64,000 nt of DNA, taken from assembly GCA_965279375.1 (NCBI GenBank), contig OZ257156.1, positions 2,464,001-2,528,000 of the forward strand, in the 5' to 3' direction. This document shows, piece by piece, positions 58,591 through 64,000 of the stretch (the first letter of the stretch is position 1; every line of letters starts with the position of its first letter). The stretch is from Gemmatimonas sp. Its GTDB lineage: Bacteria > Gemmatimonadota > Gemmatimonadetes > Gemmatimonadales > Gemmatimonadaceae. The notes beneath the pieces were generated by a model, which was not told where the DNA came from, ran no database searches, and was given only the letters and a program-made list of their open reading frames with translations. Both the position numbers and the translations under genes were made by a program.

Positions 58591-60050
58591 AGATTCTCGT
58601 CATCGGTCTCGATTGTGCAGCGCCCGATCTGTTGTTCGGCGATGAGTCGCTGGTCAACATCCGCCGCCTGATGAGCATGGGCGCGTACGGCCGACTCGAG
58701 AGCGTGGTACCGCCCATCACGATCCCCGCGTGGATGTGCATGTCCACCAGCCAGGATCCGGGGTCGCTCGGCATCTACGGCTTCCGCAACCGCGGCGACC
58801 ATTCGTACGACAAGCTGCAGATCGTCAACGCAAAGTCGATCCGGCAGATGGCGATGTGGGACTATCTCGCGACTGAAGGGAAGAAGTCGGTGTTGATCGG
58901 CGTGCCGCCCAGTTTCCCGCCGCGCAAGGTGAACGGCATCTGCGTCGGGTGCTTTCTCACCCCCGACTCCAACACCGATGTGTACACGCATCCGGCATCG
59001 GTGGCGGCGGAGATCCGTGAGTTGGTGGGCGAGTTCCCCGTGGACGTGAAGGGGTTCCGCACCGATCAGAAGGACTGGTTGCTGGAGCAGGTGTTCGACA
59101 TGAGCCGCAAGCACTTCACGGTCATCCGGCACTATCTCAAGAACGCCGAGTGGGACTACTTCCACTTCGTGAACATCGGCCTCGATCGCGTGCACCACGG
59201 CTTCTGGAGTTACTGCGATCCGAAGCACGTGGACTACGTGCCGGGCAACAAGTACGAGAATGTCATTCGCGACTACTACCAGCATCTCGATGAAGAGATC
59301 GGGACGGTGCTGGAGCTGATCGACGATGAGACGGTGGTGCTGGTCGTCTCCGATCACGGCGCACAGCCGCTGGATGGCGGCTTCTGCGTGAACGAATGGC
59401 TCGTGCGCGAAGGGCTGCTGGTGCTCAACGAGTATCCGAAGGAAGTCACACCCTTCGGCAAGCTCAACGTCGACTGGACCAAGACCAAAGTGTGGAGCGA
59501 AGGTGGCTACTACGCGCGTGTGTTCCTGAACATCGAAGGGCGCGAGCCAACCGGCGCGATCCCCAAGGACGATGTGCTGCGCTTCCGCGATGAGCTCAAG
59601 GCAAAGCTGGAAGCCACGGTCGACGAGCATGGCAAGCCACTCGGCACCCTCGTCTTCAAGCCCGAAGAGATCTACCACGACGTGAAGAACGTCGCGCCCG
59701 ATCTGATCGTGCACTTCGGGGCGCTGTCCTGGCGCTCGATCGGCGGCGTGGGCTACGATACAATCCACGTGCACGAGAACGACACGGGCCCGGACGACTG
59801 CAACCATGCCCAGTTCGGGGCGTTCATCCTCGCCGCGGCCAACAGTCCGCTGTCCGGGGAAGTGGAGGGCGCGCGGTTGCTGGATATCGCCCCCACGCTG
59901 TTCGAACTGGGTGGCTACGAGATTCCCGAGACGTTCCAGGGACGCTCGCTGGTGTCGGGGAAGGTGGCGGATGGCGGCCATCAGGACCTGGCGCCGGATC
60001 GTGAGGAGATCATCCGGCAACGCCTGGCCGGGCTTGGCTACATATCGTGA
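58587..60050 (+). CDS. Second alkaline-phosphatase-superfamily phosphodiesterase
   Basis: GLDC, PPITIPAW, DRVHH, SDHG, DDCNH, C-terminal RLAGLGYI; GTGA coupling. Confidence 0.9.
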   Translation: MKILVIGLDCAAPDLLFGDESLVNIRRLMSMGAYGRLESVVPPITIPAWMCMSTSQDPGSLGIYGFRNRGDHSYDKLQIVNAKSIRQMAMWDYLATEGKKSVLIGVPPSFPPRKVNGICVGCFLTPDSNTDVYTHPASVAAEIRELVGEFPVDVKGFRTDQKDWLLEQVFDMSRKHFTVIRHYLKNAEWDYFHFVNIGLDRVHHGFWSYCDPKHVDYVPGNKYENVIRDYYQHLDEEIGTVLELIDDETVVLVVSDHGAQPLDGGFCVNEWLVREGLLVLNEYPKEVTPFGKLNVDWTKTKVWSEGGYYARVFLNIEGREPTGAIPKDDVLRFRDELKAKLEATVDEHGKPLGTLVFKPEEIYHDVKNVAPDLIVHFGALSWRSIGGVGYDTIHVHENDTGPDDCNHAQFGAFILAAANSPLSGEVEGARLLDIAPTLFELGGYEIPETFQGRSLVSGKVADGGHQDLAPDREEIIRQRLAGLGYIS

Positions 60051-60077
60051 TCTGCATCACATGTCGCTCCTTCCGGG

Positions 60078-60093
60078 CGGCATGGAACTCGCA
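60078..60093 (+). promoter_or_regulatory. Putative sigma54 promoter for the small peptide gene
   Basis: CGGCAT-GGAAC-TCGCA (GG-N10-GC), 49 bp before ATG 60142. Confidence 0.4.
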
Positions 60094-60141
60094 ATAAACT
60101 CTCGTTAATTCTGTGCGTCGACCGTAACCGAGACCGCGTCC

Positions 60142-60321
60142 ATGACCATCGAACAGATTCCTGTGCTTCCACTTGCGATGTACATCGGCCCCGAGGTGAT
60201 GATGCCGGTGGCGTCTGCCATCGCGGCGGTCGTGGGCTACTTGTTGATGTTCTGGCGCAGCACTGTGGCGTTTGCGAAACGGGCGGGTTCCGCCGTCGGC
60301 CGCCTTTTCGCCAAGCGGTGA
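60142..60321 (+). CDS. Small single-TM membrane peptide with YIGP motif (59 aa, not in ORF track)
   Basis: MTIEQIPVLPLAMYIGPEVMMPVASAIAAVVGYLLMFWRSTVAFAKRAGSAVGRLFAKR; followed by a strong hairpin. Confidence 0.75.
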   Translation: MTIEQIPVLPLAMYIGPEVMMPVASAIAAVVGYLLMFWRSTVAFAKRAGSAVGRLFAKR

Positions 60322-60341
60322 CCTGACAGAACCGGGACGCA

Positions 60342-60378
60342 GACGCGGCCAGCGAGAGATCCTCTCGCTGGCCGCGTC
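60342..60378. terminator. Perfect 17-bp hairpin between convergent genes
   Basis: GACGCGGCCAGCGAGAG-ATC-CTCTCGCTGGCCGCGTC. Confidence 0.7.
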
Positions 60379-60456
60379 CGCATTTGTGCTCTCGCTACAC
60401 CGCCGTCGCTATGCCCCTGAGGGGCACTGGCGTCGGCGATGACCGTGCGCCGCTGG

Positions 60457-61965
60457 CTAGCGGTCCAGCTCCGAGGCCACGGAGCGCCAGGGCGAGCGAA
60501 TCCCCCAGATTCCGGCCAGCAGAGCGGCCACGAACAGGTACGACGCGACCGCCGACGGACGACCGTCCAGCCATGGCAGATACTGGGTTGCCATCTTGCC
60601 GAGCGTGTTGAGCCACGGCAGCTGCAAGCCTTCGACGAAGACGTGCAGGATGTTGGTGTGGACGCCGTACTGATTGCGTACCATCGCAATGCAGAGCGCC
60701 ACCGTGACGGACGCCAGCAGCACCGGGTAGGCAAGCGCTCTCGGGATGCGAAGCAGGACCGCCGCCGCCGGCAGGAAGAGGAACGGCACCACCGGCATGA
60801 GATAGCGAATCCCGGTGTTCCATTGCAGGCGCGTGTAGGCGATCGCTGAAAAGAAGACGACGTACGCGAGCCCGATCGCAAGGCAGACCACTGCTTCGCG
60901 TGTCGGCAGGAAGCTGCGGCCGCCGCGCACCACGAAAGGAGCGGCCACCGCCAGCGACAACAGCGGCGCAGCGATGAACAGGCCGTAGCGCAGATCGAAG
61001 AGCAGTTGCAGGAACAGCTGCAGATTCGGCCCGGTGACGCCCTGATAGCCCTGATCGCTGAAGATCACGGCCTTGGGCATCCAATGTTGCGGCGGCAGAA
61101 TGAAGCTGCCAAAGGCGGCCCACTGGTACCACCAGAGCACGAGGATCATGGGCAGGGCGCCGGCAGTGAACACTGCGCCGGCACGCACGACGCCCGACCA
61201 CGGCTGCGTGTCGCGCGCCTTTGCCAGCGTGTACAAGCCAAGAATGCCGAGTGCGAGGGCCCCGCTGTAGTCGCAGAGGAAGCCGAAGCCCGCCAGCATG
61301 CCGGCGAGGAACACGCGCGTCGGTTCGCGCAACGTCAGCCTCTCGCCCGGATTCCAGAGCAGGAAGAAGGCGGTCACGGCGACGATGCCGAGCGCGAGAT
61401 TCTGATTGAGGTAGGCCGTGCGAAAGAGCACCGGTGTGCCGAACGCATACAGCAGCGAGAGCCACATCGCATGCCGCTGCGGGAGGCCGGTCCCCTCGAG
61501 AATCCGGAACAGAATCACGACGCCGAACGCGGACAGCGGTGCCATGCACAGCACCATCGTGATCACGCCCACCAGTCCGAATCGCACGTCCAGTCCGAGT
61601 CGCCGCACTTCCTTGTAGAACTTCACCCGAGGTGCACGCGGGTCGTTGTACACCGCGAGCGTATCCGCGCCCGTCGCGCGGCGCGCGGCGAGCGATCGAT
61701 TCACCACGACATCGACGAGCGGTTTCGTGATGGCGTACGGCACTGCGGCCAGCATCGAGATGCCGGGGTTGGCGCCGTGGTGTACACCGCCGTGCGGGGC
61801 TTCAGGGCCGTTCCGGAAAATGTCTTCGTGCAGCCCGTAGTACTTGCCGAGGTCGAAGCTCGTGTCCTCGACCATGCTCATGACGAGGTAATGCTCGCGC
61901 ACGAAATCCGTCGCGAAATGCAGACAGAACACGACCCAGCAGGTGAGAAATATTCGCAGGCGCAT
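60457..61965 (-). CDS. Multi-pass membrane protein, GT-C-like
   Basis: DFVREHY, GANPGISMLA, YAFGTP, LNQN, CDY, GIRYLMP; about 11 TMs. Confidence 0.72.
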   Translation of the reverse strand: MRLRIFLTCWVVFCLHFATDFVREHYLVMSMVEDTSFDLGKYYGLHEDIFRNGPEAPHGGVHHGANPGISMLAAVPYAITKPLVDVVVNRSLAARRATGADTLAVYNDPRAPRVKFYKEVRRLGLDVRFGLVGVITMVLCMAPLSAFGVVILFRILEGTGLPQRHAMWLSLLYAFGTPVLFRTAYLNQNLALGIVAVTAFFLLWNPGERLTLREPTRVFLAGMLAGFGFLCDYSGALALGILGLYTLAKARDTQPWSGVVRAGAVFTAGALPMILVLWWYQWAAFGSFILPPQHWMPKAVIFSDQGYQGVTGPNLQLFLQLLFDLRYGLFIAAPLLSLAVAAPFVVRGGRSFLPTREAVVCLAIGLAYVVFFSAIAYTRLQWNTGIRYLMPVVPFLFLPAAAVLLRIPRALAYPVLLASVTVALCIAMVRNQYGVHTNILHVFVEGLQLPWLNTLGKMATQYLPWLDGRPSAVASYLFVAALLAGIWGIRSPWRSVASELDR

Positions 61966-62007
61966 TACAGCAGATCGGAGTCGTGGGAGAGAAGGTCGTC
62001 GCCGCGC

Positions 62008-62595
62008 TTACGAAACCAGCAGGTACGCCACCAGCCCCAGGGTATAGATCCAGGAACCGGCGAACAGTACCCATCCAAGACGCCGATCCTTGGTGCTGCG
62101 ATACCACAACAGAAATCCGGTGACGGCGAACAAGATCATCGAGAGCGCGACGACATCCAGCAGGAGGCTCCACGCCAGATACCCGATGCCCCCGTCGCGT
62201 CCGAGCAGAACATGGAAGCCGCGCAACGTGCCGATCGCGTTGAATCGCGTACGGGCGATCGTGAGCGTGGTGCGATCTGCGGAGACCTCCGCTTCGACAC
62301 GGCCGGTTGGCGACATCCAGCGCTGACGCTGTATGCCGGCCCGGTCCGAGTCCATTCCACGGGTACGTCCGCTCGCTCCCGCCTCCTGCGAGACGAATGC
62401 GCGCAAGGCCGAGTCACTCGCGGTCGCTTGTGGCGGCAGCGCGACCTTCGTGGTGGTCGTGACGTTGTTCTGGCGAGGCAGCCAGCGTGAATAGACGAAG
62501 GTGACGCCGCTGACCGTGTAGAACAGCACGGCCAGCGCGAGTACGAGCCCGGCAAACAGGTGGATCTGGCGAAGCAGCGCGTAAGTGAGCTTCAT
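62008..62595 (-). CDS. PepSY-associated TM helix protein
   Basis: LLRQIHLFAGL, YTVSG, LRGFH, TGFLLW; ATGA coupling at 62595. Confidence 0.8.
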   Translation of the reverse strand: MKLTYALLRQIHLFAGLVLALAVLFYTVSGVTFVYSRWLPRQNNVTTTTKVALPPQATASDSALRAFVSQEAGASGRTRGMDSDRAGIQRQRWMSPTGRVEAEVSADRTTLTIARTRFNAIGTLRGFHVLLGRDGGIGYLAWSLLLDVVALSMILFAVTGFLLWYRSTKDRRLGWVLFAGSWIYTLGLVAYLLVS

Positions 62596-63206
62596 GCGAG
62601 CAGCCATCCCATCAGCACGATGCACGCGAGGGAACCGCCGCCGAGCACGATCCATCCGATGCGCGCGAAGCGACCTTGCCCGAACCACAGCACGATGCCC
62701 GAAATCGTGGAGAAGAGCAGTACCACGACCGTCAGGTGCGTGTAGTTCCACCACAACGACAGTGCAAAGGAGTCCGGATAGCGACGCGCGTCGTGCAGTC
62801 CCTTGAGGACCGAGGCCGGCCCGCGGGTGGTGCCCGACACGGTGACCACGCCGCTCTCACTCGCCTTGACGGCGTACTCGTGGCCCGGCCGCGTGACCTT
62901 GAAATCGAGTGTTGCCGCGTCCGTCCACTTGGGCACTTCGGGCGTTACGCGTCCGTCGAGCCCTAACTCCCGCGCCACGCGTCGCGCCACCTCGCCAGGA
63001 TTCTCACGACTCGCGATGGCGCTCACGGTGTCCGTCCATTCACGCGCTGCGCGGTCGCGCTCCAGTCGCTCGATGGGATGGGCGAAGAGCAGCGAGCTGA
63101 TTCCGTACACCACCAGGTAGCCCGAGCAGAGCAATCCACCGTACAGGTGCAAATTGCGCAGCAGGCGTCGCCAGCGTCGACGCGGAAGGACATTGGTGTC
63201 GGTCAG
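62592..63206 (-). CDS. PepSY-associated TM helix protein (probable CTG start)
   Basis: RRLLRNLHLYGGL, YGISS, LKGLH, SGIVLW; conserved N-terminal helix lies upstream of TTG 63152. Confidence 0.75.
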   Translation of the reverse strand: MTDTNVLPRRRWRRLLRNLHLYGGLLCSGYLVVYGISSLLFAHPIERLERDRAAREWTDTVSAIASRENPGEVARRVARELGLDGRVTPEVPKWTDAATLDFKVTRPGHEYAVKASESGVVTVSGTTRGPASVLKGLHDARRYPDSFALSLWWNYTHLTVVVLLFSTISGIVLWFGQGRFARIGWIVLGGGSLACIVLMGWLLA

Positions 63207-63251
63207 AGACGGATCCTCACGAGAATGAAGGCATTCGCATCGCTGGACGTG

Positions 63252-64000
63252 CTACGCCGCGCGACGACGACGTCGCCAGAACAGGCCCGCGATTGCCAGG
63301 GCCAGCAGTCCGCCCAGTGGAATCGCCGCCCGCACGATGCGTCCGCGCCAGACCGTGCGCACCTTCGCGTCGTATTCGGCGCGAAACTCCGCGCGCAGGG
63401 AATCTGCATCGTACAGTACGCCGCCCTTGATCACGCGCGCGATATCGAGCGTCGCATGCGGCGCGGCCAGCGGATCGACGTGATACACGACGGCGTCGGC
63501 CAACTTCCCCGCTTCGATCGTTCCCAGATCGCGTCGATTGAGTGCGATAGCCGCATTGCGCGTTGCAGCCTGCAGACCGACCATCGGCGACTCGGCGATT
63601 TCACCGATTAGGCGCATCTCCTCGTGCAGGTCGATCCCCGGTGCCTTTCCGTCCGCGCCAGCGACGACCATACCGCCACGCCGGATGAAGTCCGCAATCA
63701 AGGCGGACTGGCGTTGCCAAGTCTTCGGATATGCCGCGTACACCGCCGAATCGCGCGACGCGGTGCCCGACAGCACAGCGCGCAGACTCGGCGGATGCCG
63801 CAGGAATCCTGCGGCAACCGGCGGCTCGATCGGACGACCGAAATGGTATTCGAAGGCCACCGTTGGTTCGAGCCACACGTTCGCAGCAACCATCTCCGCG
63901 ACGAGTGAGTCGACCCGGGCGGAGTCCATCGTCAGCCACAGCTTCTTCTCCCACGGCCAGAAATCGCGCGCGGAATCCGGCGGGGTAAGCACGGTGCCCT
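63252..64000 (-). CDS. Amidohydrolase family protein, 5'-truncated, with C-terminal TM and Arg tail
   Basis: PTV, AGAD, PGIDLHEEM, AATRNAA, GTIEAGKLAD; frame open to the window edge. Confidence 0.85.
   Translation of the reverse strand, partial: GTVLTPPDSARDFWPWEKKLWLTMDSARVDSLVAEMVAANVWLEPTVAFEYHFGRPIEPPVAAGFLRHPPSLRAVLSGTASRDSAVYAAYPKTWQRQSALIADFIRRGGMVVAGADGKAPGIDLHEEMRLIGEIAESPMVGLQAATRNAAIALNRRDLGTIEAGKLADAVVYHVDPLAAPHATLDIARVIKGGVLYDADSLRAEFRAEYDAKVRTVWRGRIVRAAIPLGGLLALAIAGLFWRRRRRAA

Overview
High-GC bacterial chromosomal segment; the gene content and style suggest Gemmatimonadota (inference, not tested). After the 3' part of metH, about 60 kb forms an exosortase-linked cell-surface glycan super-locus. 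It holds exosortase + EpsI, a soluble histidine kinase with a sigma54 (NtrC-type) activator, and Wzc/Wza-like/priming phosphoglycosyl transferase genes. These are followed by repeated modules that combine NDP-sugar tailoring enzymes, polyprenyl-phosphate GT2s and multi-pass GT-C-like transferases. The main hypotheses are: (1) an SxtI/J/K-like carbamoyltransferase cassette whose 52-aa membrane peptide ends in FIYTIF, like the DltX/AlgI tyrosine acyl-shuttle motif, and faces an SGNH enzyme, suggesting an MBOAT-free trans-membrane carbamoyl relay; (2) a PKS-free methyltransferase-ACP-FkbH-MaoC/KR-GNAT cassette that could make lactyl/glyceryl-ACP; (3) a CDP-sugar C-methyltransferase + Fe/2OG dioxygenase operon; (4) a eukaryote-type UDP-galactopyranose mutase; (5) a 59-aa YIGP membrane peptide, absent from the ORF track, behind two phosphodiesterases; (6) recurring GTTG-N8-CAAC palindromes and sigma54 promoters; (7) two probable CTG starts. 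No rRNA, tRNA, CRISPR or mobile element was recognised. All calls come from reading motifs by eye; no database searches were run.
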